Counted from the stretch's first letter, positions 29,559 to 40,214 are shown. The stretch is DNA of 64,000 nucleotides from Candidatus Ozemobacteraceae bacterium (GCA_965140445.1 OZ223236.1:2208001-2272000), one strand, 5' to 3'. Numbers and translations: made by a program. The notes: generated by a model from the letters alone, not told the origin.

Positions 29559-30383
29559 ATGAAGATCGCCACTGCCCAGAACAACATTCAAACTGACCCT
29601 GTAGAGAATGGTCAGGAAATCAGGCAATTAATGACCCAGGCACGTGATGCAGGTGCTGATTTGATCCATTTTCCTGAAGGGGCGATTTCTGGCTATGTCA
29701 AATCCCAAATCAAATCATGGGGAAATGTCGATTGGGAGATATTGCGAATAGAACTGCAAAGGACCGCAGAATTAGCTGGACGTCTTGGATTGTGGACGGT
29801 ATTGGGTTCCAATCATCAGTTAACCGAACCAAACCGACCTCACAACAGCATGTATATATTTTCAGCTGATGGCAAGTTGCACACTCGTTATGATAAGCAG
29901 TTTTGTTCCAATTCGGAAATCACTGACTGGTATACTCCTGGCATTAATTGCGTAACCTTTGAAGTCGATGGTTGGCGGTTTGGTTGTGCTCTTTGCATTG
30001 AAATTCAGTTTCCGGAACTTTTTATGGAATACGAACGCCAGAATATTGATTGTATGCTCTTTTCAGCCTATTCTGAATCAAAAATGTTTTCCATTCAAGC
30101 TCAGGCCCATGCTGCCTGTAATAACTATTGGCTTAGCTTTTCAGTTCCGACACAATGTAGCAAAAATACTCCTTCACAGATGATTGGCCCGGATGGCCGG
30201 GTTATTAATTCTTGTGAACCCTTGAAATCAGGCTTTGTTATTACAAGCCTAAATCGGGATTCGGAAGAATGGGAAATCCCAATCAAGCATGCAAGACCCT
30301 GGCGAAAAAAGGCACGAAATGGAGATATCTACAAATCAAAACTGGTAGATGACCCACGAAGTCGAAACAAAGGTATTCTGTAA
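29559..30383 (+). CDS. Carbon-nitrogen hydrolase (nitrilase superfamily)
   Basis: Catalytic triad in FPEG, YDK, LCIE. Confidence 0.9.
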   Translation: MKIATAQNNIQTDPVENGQEIRQLMTQARDAGADLIHFPEGAISGYVKSQIKSWGNVDWEILRIELQRTAELAGRLGLWTVLGSNHQLTEPNRPHNSMYIFSADGKLHTRYDKQFCSNSEITDWYTPGINCVTFEVDGWRFGCALCIEIQFPELFMEYERQNIDCMLFSAYSESKMFSIQAQAHAACNNYWLSFSVPTQCSKNTPSQMIGPDGRVINSCEPLKSGFVITSLNRDSEEWEIPIKHARPWRKKARNGDIYKSKLVDDPRSRNKGIL

Positions 30384-30679
30384 AGTTAAACTTTTAAAGG
30401 GTTTTAAAGAATATTTGCAAACTGTTACTAAAAATTTTTGGATAAGCTATAACACTTATGATATCTGTCGTTTAAAGACAATTTGATTCTCAAACAAAAT
30501 CATATAAGCGTTTTTAAATAGTATTGCAGTTGCGGAAAAGGGAACCATGTTTGCTATTTTTTTGAATATAATTGATGAGACGATTATCACCAGCCTGTCC
30601 AAATGCCTTAACGGGTGGTAATTGTCGAGATTACAAAATATGGTCAATGGTAAATCTCACCGAATTAGAAGAGATGAGA

Positions 30680-30781
30680 GCAGAGATAACTGCAGCTTCG
30701 GCACAGGAACTTTCCAGTCAGGCTCGGGAAATGCAAGGAGTTATTAACAAGTTTAGACCAAAAGAAGATGAGATCGTATAG
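30680..30781 (+). pseudogene. C-terminal fragment of a methyl-accepting chemotaxis protein
   Basis: TAASAQELSSQAREMQGVINKF resembles the MCP C-terminal methylation helix; the rest of the MCP is absent. Confidence 0.5.
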
Positions 30782-30816
30782 ATCTTAGATTTTTAAAAAA
30801 GTCAGGGTTCTGAATA

Positions 30817-30860
30817 AACAAAACTCAACCGATCCTATTTTGAATTGGTTGAGTTTTGTT
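30817..30860. terminator. Terminator downstream of treS
   Basis: AACAAAACTCAACC...GGTTGAGTTTTGTT inverted repeat. Confidence 0.75.
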
Positions 30861-30908
30861 GTTTCTGCAGAGTAAGAGATTTAAAGGAAGTAAAATTTAA
30901 GCCAGTAG

Positions 30909-33900
30909 TTACTCTAAATTAAAGGCTTCTAATAGAGCATTTAAAGGTATTTCAACCCAATCAGGACGATTGTTTAGCTCATAATTCAGTTCATACACCG
31001 CTTTTTCTATGCTTAGGAATGAAAGTATGTTTTCGAAAATCTCCTTTTTGCCTGGAACAGACTGGCAGCTTTCTGTTTCACTGAGATATCCTTTAATAAA
31101 GCTCTCCCTGGCCCATTTTTCCCAGTTTTGGTTATAGGCTTTCATGCGGTCATAAGAACCTGGTCGATCCTTTTGTATTCTCCGACATGCCGCTTCAGCA
31201 GCGTAATTAAGAGATCTAATCACGCCAGCGACATCTCTCAATGGGCAAAGCTTTGCTTTTCTTGCTGCAAGAGGTCTTGCTGGTTCACCTTCAAAATCAA
31301 TTATAATGAAGTCATTAGCAACCAACAAAATCTGACCTAGATGTAGATCGCCATGATGTCTGGTCTTTAGTAATCCAGCATCCTCTGGAACAAGGTTCGA
31401 CAATTTTTCAATTGCGAGAATCTCATTCTTGATTAATATGTGTATTTTTTCCTGAATTGATTCAGAAAGAGTCACATTGCGTTCTTTCAATTGTGAGACC
31501 GTTGAAATCAGAGATTCTTCTACCTTAAAGTGCCAGTTTCTCCAGTCTTCTTTGCTGATCTTTTCAGGCTTAAAATTATTATTATCAGTGTCTTTTGCTA
31601 GAGTCGTATGCATCTGACCAATTCTTTGGCCGAGAATGGACATCATGGAAAGATATAGATTATGAGATTCTTTTTCTTCATTTTGAGGTGGTGGGGTAAC
31701 CCAGGTTTCTTCATAACGGTCCAGGTAGTTTAGAGTAAAGGTCCAGAAGTCGTTTTGGTTATCAATGTATTCTTGCAGAATTCCCAGAGTGTAAGTTTCT
31801 TCTCCTACCAGCTCAATTGAACCGGCAACTCTGGCAATATTATTAAATTCCTTGGCCTCAGTTAAATAGCGTCCCATTTGAAGCTCAGGGTTTTCTCCTT
31901 CCTGAACTTGTCGATAAATCTTGAAAATGAATTTTTCACCAAAGAAAATCGAAGTGTTACTTTGCTCAATAATTGGGCGCTTAATGTCCAGGCTGCTGAT
32001 ATCTAGCTTTTCATCAAGCAACTTTGTGTGGTTGAACTTGAGCTTATTGTCTCCAATTGAAATTTCACGATTCTGTTGCATAAATTTTAGTAGTGCGCGA
32101 CAGTATTCATCACTGATCATTGTATCTATTAAATGACCAACTTCATTTTGTTGTCTTGTTTTAGCAATAATCCAATCTGTTAAATTGCCTAATTCCTGTT
32201 CCTTTTCCCAGACCATGTGGATTGGCATGAAATACTTCTGTTTTGTTCCGTCAGCATAATTCCAGGAGAATAGACCAATCAACCAATCATGACATTCAGG
32301 TTGAGAAATGGGCAAAGAAACATCAGCTTTAAGCTGGGTAAGTTTTTTGTTTTTCCCTGCAAACCAGCGTTTTTTGCCTGCATAAAGCGTTAGGGCCTCA
32401 TGTAACAGTTTTTCCCGCTTTCGATCAGTAAGTAGTTGTTGCAAGGCAGGGAGTTTATTATCGCCAGGGATTGCGCGAAATACCAGGACTGGTAGTTCTG
32501 AATAACTGGTTAAATCATGTTTTTGCCATGATGGTCCGTCAATTTCTTTAGAAAGTTCAAACAGGTAAAAACCAAAGGCTGAAAGAGACAACTGATATGG
32601 TTCATCGCCAATTGTTGGAAATGAGTGCCTGCCAAGCAACTCAACTGGTGTATAGCCTTTATATTTTTTGAGATCCATGTGGACTGGTTGAGCAGAACGT
32701 GAAAGATTGGCCATGCAGAGAATAATTTTGTCTTCAAATGTTCTGGTATAAGCCAGAATTTTCCTGTTTGCTGGTTTAATAAACTCAAAGTTCCCTTGCC
32801 CAAAAGCTTTGTAGTTTTTGCGCATTGCTATAATTTTTTTCATCCAGTTGAGAAGGGAAGATGGCGTTCTGCTTTGAGATTCAACGTTAATTGCCAGATA
32901 GCCGGTGATATTGCTCATGACGGGGGGTAAGAATAATTTTTCCGGGTCAGCGTTTGAAAATCCGCCGTTTCTATCGGGTGTCCATTGCATCGGAGTTCTC
33001 ATTCCATTTCTATCGCCGAGAAACATGTTGTCGCCCATTCCAATTTCATCGCCATAGTAGATAACTGGCGAACCAGGCATAGTGAGGAGCAGAGCATTTA
33101 AAAGCTCTATTTTTGCTCGATTGTATTCCATTAAAGGGGCTAATCTTCGGCGAATACCAACATTTACCCTTGCTCTTGGCTCCTTGGCATATTGCTTGTA
33201 CATATAGTCTCGTTCTTTGCTGGTAACCATTTCCAGAGTAAGTTCATCGTGATTGCGCAGGAAAATGGCCCATTGACAATTTTCTGGTATTTCTGGGGTC
33301 TGCTGGAGAATCTCTACAATTGGATATCTATCTTCTAAAGCCAGCGACATATAGATTCTTGGCATGAGAGGGAAATGAAAACCCATATGACATTCATCAC
33401 CATCACCGAAGTATTCTGCCGCGTCCTCCGGCCACTGATTAGCCTCTGCAAGGAAAATTCTGTTTTTGTAACGCTTATCCATTTCATTTCTGAACTTTTT
33501 AATTATTGCATGGGTTTCAGGTAGATTTTCACAATTAGTGCCTTCTCGCTCACACAAATATGGAATAGCATCGAGCCGGAGTCCATCCACTCCCATGTCT
33601 AGCCAGAAACGCATAACTCCAATCAGCTTCTTTACCACTGTTGGATTGTTAAAGTTTAAGTCTGGTTGATGAGAGAAAAATCTATGCCAGTAATAAGATT
33701 TGGCAATTGGATCCCATGACCAGTTTGATGTTTCGGTATCGGTAAAAATGATTCGAGCCTGTTCGTATTTGCTATCGTTGTCGTTCCAGACGTAATGGTT
33801 GCGTTTGCTTGAATTTTTTGCAGCACGTCGCGCTTCCTGAAACCAGGGGTGGGCATCAGAAGTGTGATTGATAACCAGTTCTGTGATAACTCTAATATCT

Positions 33901-34205
33901 CGACTATGGGCTTCTCGCAAAAACTGGCGAAAGTCGGCAAGAGTTCCATAGTCGGGGTGGACGTTCAAATAATCAGAAATATCATAACCGTCATCACGAA
34001 AAGGTGACGGATAAAAAGGCAAAAGCCATATAGTATTAACACCAAGTTCCTGAATATAATCCAACTTAGAAGTTAGGCCGGGAAAATCTCCGATTCCATC
34101 GCCATTGCTGTCGCAAAAAGCTTTGACGTGAACCTCATAGATAATTGCATTTTTATACCAGCTTGGATCATCTCTAATTATGGATTTTTTTAGCTTTTTG
34201 TTCAT
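30909..34205 (-). CDS. treS: Trehalose synthase (GH13) fused to maltokinase (TreS-Mak/Pep2)
   Basis: DSNGDGIGDF, FFSHQPDLN, LRLDAIPY, FLRNHDELTLE; C-terminal EQSNTS, HGDLHLGQ, IDFEGEP, NNRPDW. Start MNKKL after AAGGAG. Confidence 0.95.
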   Translation of the reverse strand: MNKKLKKSIIRDDPSWYKNAIIYEVHVKAFCDSNGDGIGDFPGLTSKLDYIQELGVNTIWLLPFYPSPFRDDGYDISDYLNVHPDYGTLADFRQFLREAHSRDIRVITELVINHTSDAHPWFQEARRAAKNSSKRNHYVWNDNDSKYEQARIIFTDTETSNWSWDPIAKSYYWHRFFSHQPDLNFNNPTVVKKLIGVMRFWLDMGVDGLRLDAIPYLCEREGTNCENLPETHAIIKKFRNEMDKRYKNRIFLAEANQWPEDAAEYFGDGDECHMGFHFPLMPRIYMSLALEDRYPIVEILQQTPEIPENCQWAIFLRNHDELTLEMVTSKERDYMYKQYAKEPRARVNVGIRRRLAPLMEYNRAKIELLNALLLTMPGSPVIYYGDEIGMGDNMFLGDRNGMRTPMQWTPDRNGGFSNADPEKLFLPPVMSNITGYLAINVESQSRTPSSLLNWMKKIIAMRKNYKAFGQGNFEFIKPANRKILAYTRTFEDKIILCMANLSRSAQPVHMDLKKYKGYTPVELLGRHSFPTIGDEPYQLSLSAFGFYLFELSKEIDGPSWQKHDLTSYSELPVLVFRAIPGDNKLPALQQLLTDRKREKLLHEALTLYAGKKRWFAGKNKKLTQLKADVSLPISQPECHDWLIGLFSWNYADGTKQKYFMPIHMVWEKEQELGNLTDWIIAKTRQQNEVGHLIDTMISDEYCRALLKFMQQNREISIGDNKLKFNHTKLLDEKLDISSLDIKRPIIEQSNTSIFFGEKFIFKIYRQVQEGENPELQMGRYLTEAKEFNNIARVAGSIELVGEETYTLGILQEYIDNQNDFWTFTLNYLDRYEETWVTPPPQNEEKESHNLYLSMMSILGQRIGQMHTTLAKDTDNNNFKPEKISKEDWRNWHFKVEESLISTVSQLKERNVTLSESIQEKIHILIKNEILAIEKLSNLVPEDAGLLKTRHHGDLHLGQILLVANDFIIIDFEGEPARPLAARKAKLCPLRDVAGVIRSLNYAAEAACRRIQKDRPGSYDRMKAYNQNWEKWARESFIKGYLSETESCQSVPGKKEIFENILSFLSIEKAVYELNYELNNRPDWVEIPLNALLEAFNLE

Positions 34206-34244
34206 GCTTGGCTCCTTCTGTAGGTAAGCAGATTGCAACCTGTT

Positions 34245-35963
34245 TTACTTTTTTAAGATAACGACCGAAGATGGAGACAAAACTAATTTTGCATCATTTT
34301 CTTCGCAGTTTTTATTTTGCAGAATGATTTGGTGATCTTTCAGCTTTTCATTCTCAACCCTGAAGTCATTATCTCCGCAGTTTGCTAAAATTAATAGATT
34401 TCCTGCCTCATATAAATAAATTCGTTGCTCGATGTTTAAGGTATAGAATTCAGGCTTTTGAGCCCTTATTTGTGACAGATTTTCTTTTCTTATCTGTATT
34501 AGTTTTTGATGCCAGAAAAGCATTTTATTGTGAGAATCTTTTTCTATTTCATTCCAGTTGAGCTTGCTTTTGATAAAAGTCTCTGGTGATTGCGGATCTG
34601 GTATTTCCTTATGTTTTCCTGGAAATTCCTTTTTCCTGCCTTCTCTTACCGCTTGAGCTAATTTTTTATCCACGTGATCGGTAAAATACAGAAACGGTGA
34701 AGTTGAAGCCCATTCTTCTCCCTGAAAAAGCATTGGCACAAATGGCGACAGTAGAAATAAAGCTGCAGCAATTTGACAATGTTCAAAGCTTATTAGATGG
34801 CACAATCTTTCTCCAAATGCTCTATTGCCTATTTGATCGTGATTCTGCAGCGAAACTACAAATCTTTCAGGAGCCAGGTCGGTAGCTTTTCGTCCATGTT
34901 TTCTTTTGCGATAAGCAGAATATATGCCGTCATAAACAAAGTTTTCATGCAGGCATTTGTTCAAGTCCGGGGCCCCTTTAAAACTTTTATAGTAACCAGA
35001 TTGCTCCTTGGTAAACATAACGTGCAGCGTGTGGTGAAAGTCGTCAAGCCATTGTGATGCCAGGCCATAGCCTCCAACTTCCCGTGGTCGAATGATTCGC
35101 GGATCATTTAAGCTGCTTTCAGCTACCAGAAACAGTTTTTTATCCAACTGTGCTGACAATTTCTCCACTCTTAGTTGAAGTTCCTCAAGAATGTGAGTCG
35201 CTGAAAAATCAAAAATCGCGTGAATAGCATCCAGACGTAGGCCGTCGAAATGAAATTCGCGAAGCCAGTAGGTGGCATTGTCTATTACAAATTCCCGAAC
35301 CTGATCGCTAAAAGGCCCATCAAAATTGACTGCTTCCCCCCATGGAGTATGATATCTATCAGAAAAGTAATGTCCGTAAAGGCCCAGGTAGTTCCCATCA
35401 GGCCCAAGATGGTTGTAGACAACATCCAGAATCACAGACAGGCCCTTCTGATGACAGGCATCTATCAATTTCTTCAATTCAGTAGGGGACCCATAGGCAT
35501 TGTGAGGCGCAAAAAGACTAACTCCGTCATATCCCCACCCATGTTTTCCGGGAAAGGTTGCTATCGGTAAAAGCTCAATGTGCGTGACCCCGAGTTTCAA
35601 AAGGTGATCTAGCTTATCAATGGCAGCTGAAAAGGTTCCCTTTGGAGTGAAAGTTCCAATGTGAAGTTCATAAATAACTGCCTCTGACAAATTGATAGGC
35701 TGGAACGAACTATCTTGCCATTCATACTCATCAAACCATTTCTGAGATAGGCCATGAACTCCGTCGGGCTGAAAAGTAGATCTTGGATCAGGAAACGGCC
35801 CCTCGCCATTAATTTTGTAGCCATAAATAATCTTTTTGGGTGAGTTTTCCAATTCTGTCATCCAAAATCCGTTGTTATTTTGCTGCATAGATAATTCTTC
35901 ATTTCCAATGCATAAACTTACACTATCTGCTTTTGGGGCCCATACTTGAAACTTTGATTTCAT
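34245..35963 (-). CDS. treZ: Malto-oligosyltrehalose trehalohydrolase
   Basis: QPDGVHG, WGYDGV, VYNHLGPDGNY, LRLDAIH, QNHDQIGNR, LFQGEEW. Confidence 0.95.
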   Translation of the reverse strand: MKSKFQVWAPKADSVSLCIGNEELSMQQNNNGFWMTELENSPKKIIYGYKINGEGPFPDPRSTFQPDGVHGLSQKWFDEYEWQDSSFQPINLSEAVIYELHIGTFTPKGTFSAAIDKLDHLLKLGVTHIELLPIATFPGKHGWGYDGVSLFAPHNAYGSPTELKKLIDACHQKGLSVILDVVYNHLGPDGNYLGLYGHYFSDRYHTPWGEAVNFDGPFSDQVREFVIDNATYWLREFHFDGLRLDAIHAIFDFSATHILEELQLRVEKLSAQLDKKLFLVAESSLNDPRIIRPREVGGYGLASQWLDDFHHTLHVMFTKEQSGYYKSFKGAPDLNKCLHENFVYDGIYSAYRKRKHGRKATDLAPERFVVSLQNHDQIGNRAFGERLCHLISFEHCQIAAALFLLSPFVPMLFQGEEWASTSPFLYFTDHVDKKLAQAVREGRKKEFPGKHKEIPDPQSPETFIKSKLNWNEIEKDSHNKMLFWHQKLIQIRKENLSQIRAQKPEFYTLNIEQRIYLYEAGNLLILANCGDNDFRVENEKLKDHQIILQNKNCEENDAKLVLSPSSVVILKK

Positions 35964-35967
35964 TGTT

Positions 35968-38628
35968 TCAGTCCTTTTCACTGTTTCTTATAAGTATGCT
36001 TACTGGAAAATTCTTTACCAGCTCTTTGAGCTTATTTGGTCCAGTCTTAAAAAAGGCCCCTGTAAAAATATCCTGCCAATGGCCTTTGGGTAAACTCAAT
36101 CTGGTTGAACCCCATTTTTTATTCAATTTTAGAGTTAACCTTGTAACTATAACCATAACGTTTGGACCACGCATGAAGGCAATGACGTTATCAGCAGCTG
36201 GACCTATTATTTCTGCAGGTTTGAAGCTGTCTGGTTGATTGAATTCGCTATGGTTTTTGCGGACATTGAGAATTGTTTTAATTAAGTATTGCTTGGTTAG
36301 TCCTTCGTGACTTCTATGGAGAGCTTGTTCTGAGGTAATGTCTTTAAGTTCAGAGAACAAATTCATTACTTTTTTAAAGTCAATTGGTCTGCGATTATCC
36401 GGGTCGGTTAAGCTGTTATCCCAGATTTCATTGCCCTGGTAAATATCAGGAATTCCTGGTGACGTAAGTTTTAAAGTTAACTGGGCGAGAGAGTTTATTT
36501 CACCCGGCCCTGAAATCAATTTCAAAAATCTAGATAACGACTTCATAAAATCACTATCAGTCATTACTTCACTGATAAACTTCTTTAATGCGCTTTCAAA
36601 TTCAACGTTAGGTAAGAACCAGTTTGTATGTGTTTTGGCTTCTCTCACTGCTTTTTCCATGTATTTAGAAATTCTTTCTTCCGAAATCGGCCAGCAGCCA
36701 ACAAGCGTCTGGTAGAAAAGATACTCTGTATTCAGATCTGGGAATCCTGAAGTCTTGTATTTTGCGTTTCTTAATTTCCAGTCTGTGGTTAATTTTTCCC
36801 AGTCATCTGGAATTTCGCTCAAAATATTTAGCCGCGCTCTTACATCCTCACTACGTTTAGAGTCATGTGTAGAGCTGGAAAGCATTGTAAGCGGCCAATT
36901 TGCCGATACTCTTTCACACCAGTCATAAAATTGTCTAGTTGAAACGATCGGATCATTAGGATCTCCACCCACTTCGTTTGCTGACGACAAAGGATTGTAA
37001 ATATAAAAAACAGTATCTTCCAGACTCTTAGCCATTACTGGACTGGTAAATTGTTGAAAGCGTCTGACAAACTCGCTTTCAAGATCACCCTTCAGTTTAA
37101 GAGTTAAGATATCGGATATGAATTCGAAAATATAAGAATCCAGCTCTGGATTCTGATTTTTGGCAAAATTTATCGCATCGATTACAATAGTTTTAGCTTC
37201 ATCGGAGATTTGGCCTGTTTCAGGCTGGATGTAGGTCCGATAGATTTTCATTCCGGCTGCAACTTCTTTAAGTGCCAACGACAACTGCATATTTGCAAAA
37301 TCTCTATAGTGTCTGTGGTTTTCGCAGATTAACGCAAGATCAGAAGTCAGTCGGTTCAACTCGCTGCCTAAAATATCCTTTAAAACCTTTTTTTTCATTT
37401 GATAAACCAAGGTTTCATAATCTCTTTTTTCACCCGTAAAATCCCGCCAGATTCTTATGAGCTTTTCATGTCCTTCACCGTCGATAAAGAGACCATTTAC
37501 CAGGTTTAGAAAGTCATAGCCAGTGGTTCCAGAAATGGGCCATTCGGAAGGCAATTTTTCGTTTTTTTCAAGGATTTTTTCTGCAAGAATTATTGCTTCT
37601 GGGCAAGCTCTACGTAAGCGAATAAAATATTCTGTTGGATCATAAAGACCATCTGGATGATCGATTCGAAAACCATCTATTTTTCTATCTTTGAACAGAT
37701 TTATAACCAAATTATGAGAATCGGCAAAAACCTGTGGATCTTCCATTCTAAGACCAACCAGAGAGTTAATATTAAAAAATCTACGGTATCCAACCTGATA
37801 TTTTGATAATTTCCAGAAAGCCAGTTTGTAGCTTTGTCGGCCAATGAGTTTGTCGAGAAGCTCAATGTCATTGTTTATATCTTCTACTGCACTATCAATT
37901 AACTCTACCACTTCTGGATTTCTGCAGAGGTCACACAGGAGATTTTCCAAAACCGCTTTATCTCTTTGCCTCTGTAGAATTCTTTGTAAATCACGGGAAG
38001 AGGCATGGGGAAGGTTTTTAAACGCACTGGCTAGAAAGCCTAGTTCTTTTAAATTACTTTTCTGATAGGCAATTTCAAGGATATTCGGTAATGAACGAGG
38101 GGCTACTGGAAAAATTTTTTCAAAGTAGTTTAAAGTAAACTTACCTTGATTATGTTTAAGTACAAGCTCTGAGTTCTCAAGCACAAGGCCATAATGATTT
38201 CCCAGAATTGGCAAAAGAATTATATTTGATCTATCATCCGAATCATTGTTCCAATCAACATCAAAGTGTCTTGAATACAAACTCGTGGCACCGTTTTCCA
38301 GGACGTCCCACCACCAGGGATTCTCGGGGCCACTAATAGCCATATGGTTGGGAACAATATCCAGGATAATTCCCATGTTTGCTTTTTCCAGGCGGTTACA
38401 TAGAAGTTCAAAATCTGCTTTTTGGCCTAATTCCGAATTTAAGCGGCTGTGATTTACAACATCATAACCGTGCGAACTTCCTTTTGATGCTTGGAGACTT
38501 GGGGACAAATAAAGGTGACTTATACCCAATGCATGAAGATAGTCAATTATCTCCAACACATGGCTAAAGTTAAAGTCTGCATTTAATTGCAGTCGGTAAG
38601 TTGCTCTCGGTTGATTTTTTGTATTCAT
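35968..38628 (-). CDS. treY: Malto-oligosyltrehalose synthase
   Basis: PRATYRLQ, DIVPNHM, YRRFF, RIDHPDGL, GTTGYD, STHDSKRSED, LTDPDNRR. Confidence 0.95.
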   Translation of the reverse strand: MNTKNQPRATYRLQLNADFNFSHVLEIIDYLHALGISHLYLSPSLQASKGSSHGYDVVNHSRLNSELGQKADFELLCNRLEKANMGIILDIVPNHMAISGPENPWWWDVLENGATSLYSRHFDVDWNNDSDDRSNIILLPILGNHYGLVLENSELVLKHNQGKFTLNYFEKIFPVAPRSLPNILEIAYQKSNLKELGFLASAFKNLPHASSRDLQRILQRQRDKAVLENLLCDLCRNPEVVELIDSAVEDINNDIELLDKLIGRQSYKLAFWKLSKYQVGYRRFFNINSLVGLRMEDPQVFADSHNLVINLFKDRKIDGFRIDHPDGLYDPTEYFIRLRRACPEAIILAEKILEKNEKLPSEWPISGTTGYDFLNLVNGLFIDGEGHEKLIRIWRDFTGEKRDYETLVYQMKKKVLKDILGSELNRLTSDLALICENHRHYRDFANMQLSLALKEVAAGMKIYRTYIQPETGQISDEAKTIVIDAINFAKNQNPELDSYIFEFISDILTLKLKGDLESEFVRRFQQFTSPVMAKSLEDTVFYIYNPLSSANEVGGDPNDPIVSTRQFYDWCERVSANWPLTMLSSSTHDSKRSEDVRARLNILSEIPDDWEKLTTDWKLRNAKYKTSGFPDLNTEYLFYQTLVGCWPISEERISKYMEKAVREAKTHTNWFLPNVEFESALKKFISEVMTDSDFMKSLSRFLKLISGPGEINSLAQLTLKLTSPGIPDIYQGNEIWDNSLTDPDNRRPIDFKKVMNLFSELKDITSEQALHRSHEGLTKQYLIKTILNVRKNHSEFNQPDSFKPAEIIGPAADNVIAFMRGPNVMVIVTRLTLKLNKKWGSTRLSLPKGHWQDIFTGAFFKTGPNKLKELVKNFPVSILIRNSEKD

Positions 38629-39056
38629 TATGATCTCTCAATTTTCTGTCTGTAGGGGCTATCTTTGGAGTGATAGCAGACCATTTCATCAGATTATTTA
38701 GTTAGCGCCATATTCTTCATGTTCTGGGAGCATGAAGTTTCCTTTTCAGGCCGTATTTATGAGGGGACAGAACCACAAATCAAGTTTTGTATGTTTGTAT
38801 CTGCTATTAATTTGCGATTAATATGTTCCGAGTTGAAAATATCTATTTTTTCAACCCGGGAAGCCTCCCCAGGGCAAATCTAAACAATCCTCATTTTTTT
38901 ATAAACCTATCTCTATAAATAGTTTGCCCCCATTTTTTCCTAAAGTCAATCCAGTGCAAAACCAGATTTTGCCTAATATTTAGCTAAAGAAATATTTTAG
39001 ATAAAACCTCAAACAGCTCAGGCAATTTACTTTTTTTTACGTAAATTAGTGGGACA

Positions 39057-39112
39057 TAATTAGGGGGACACCATACTTAATTCCAGAATTAAGTATGGTG
39101 TCCCCCTAATTA
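39057..39112. repeat. Perfect 27-bp-arm palindrome (REP-like element)
   Basis: TAATTAGGGGGACACCATACTTAATTC-ca-GAATTAAGTATGGTGTCCCCCTAATTA. Confidence 0.9.
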
Positions 39113-39274
39113 AATTTGTAAAAGGAAAACAGTCTTTTCTGGAGCGCGGCAATTTATTATTACCAATAGAAATCTCTTAATGAAATTTGGGAACTGATGA
39201 TGTTATAATAAGACAGCACCGATTTGAATCCAGATTGCGGGTGCTTTATAAATTCAGCTAAATAGGAGGCTTTT

Positions 39275-39796
39275 ATGCTTAAACCACAGGAACTCGTTTT
39301 CGGAAGTTTTCTGGAACAAAGAAGAATAAAACTGCAGATAACCCAGGCAAAATTGGCTCAAATTTTGGGCTACAGCAATGTTAATAAAGGGATTCGTCGA
39401 ATTAAAGAAATTGAATCCGGAACAATTGAAGAATCATTGGTGCTCAAAATAATGGGATCGTTAAATGTCTCAGAACACGACCGACAAAAATGCGCTTTGG
39501 CAGAAGAGCTGAGTAAAAAGAGATTGGTGAAAGAGTTGGCTCCATTTAAACCTAAACTGGTGTGGCGAGCGGTTGGCTGTATTCATTTTTCTGATCCAAT
39601 TCCAAATTCTTTGAAACAAAGATCGTCAATAATTGCTTATGCAAAAAAAATAGCGATAGAGAGGCATAGGCACTGCAGGCTAGAGTTGGATTACGACCTT
39701 AGATACTATATTTCACCAGACGGGGAGATTTCCAGAGCAGATAAAAGGCTGTTCAATAACAAATCAGCAAAACCTGGTTTGGGCGATTTAATTTAA
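39275..39796 (+). CDS. XRE-family HTH domain protein
   Basis: RRIKLQITQAKLAQILG...IKEIESG; AGGAGG RBS. Confidence 0.75.
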   Translation: MLKPQELVFGSFLEQRRIKLQITQAKLAQILGYSNVNKGIRRIKEIESGTIEESLVLKIMGSLNVSEHDRQKCALAEELSKKRLVKELAPFKPKLVWRAVGCIHFSDPIPNSLKQRSSIIAYAKKIAIERHRHCRLELDYDLRYYISPDGEISRADKRLFNNKSAKPGLGDLI

Positions 39797-39806
39797 GGAT
39801 AGTGAG

Positions 39807-40088
39807 ATGAAAGAAAAGTTTAAAACTGTGCCATTAGATCCGGATACTTTTATTCTTGAGCAAAAAGAGATTAAAATCGGCAAACTTGATGCGTTACATC
39901 AAAAATGGCGGTGGAGCGGAATTAAAGGAGAAAGTCTGATTTTTATCTGCGAGGAAGTTGCAGAATTGAAAGAAGAACATCTTGTTGAGGAGTGCAGAAA
40001 ATCAGGATTAATCAGACTTGATTCAAGCACCACCTTTAAGCGTGCTGCAAGTGGATTCACATTTGTTAATTTCAATTTTGACAGCTGA
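39807..40088 (+). CDS. Small hypothetical protein
   Basis: 93-aa ORF with AAGGA RBS, 10 nt after the HTH gene. Confidence 0.7.
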   Translation: MKEKFKTVPLDPDTFILEQKEIKIGKLDALHQKWRWSGIKGESLIFICEEVAELKEEHLVEECRKSGLIRLDSSTTFKRAASGFTFVNFNFDS

Positions 40089-40214
40089 TGAAAATCGAAT
40101 TTCCTTTTTCCATTCCAGAACAATTCCTCTTGAGACCCGTTTAAAAGCTTTTGCGATTGTGTAAGTTCAATGTCTGGCTGATTTATGGTGAAAATTAGAC
40201 TATCACCAAAAAAG

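Noticed and set aside
38660..38720. Hammerhead ribozyme or fluoride riboswitch (minus-strand CTGATGA)
   Set aside because: The required flanking stems and remaining core nucleotides are not properly placed.
39057..39112. CRISPR repeat or terminator
   Set aside because: No repeat-spacer array and no cas genes; it lies between divergent genes with no U-tract context.
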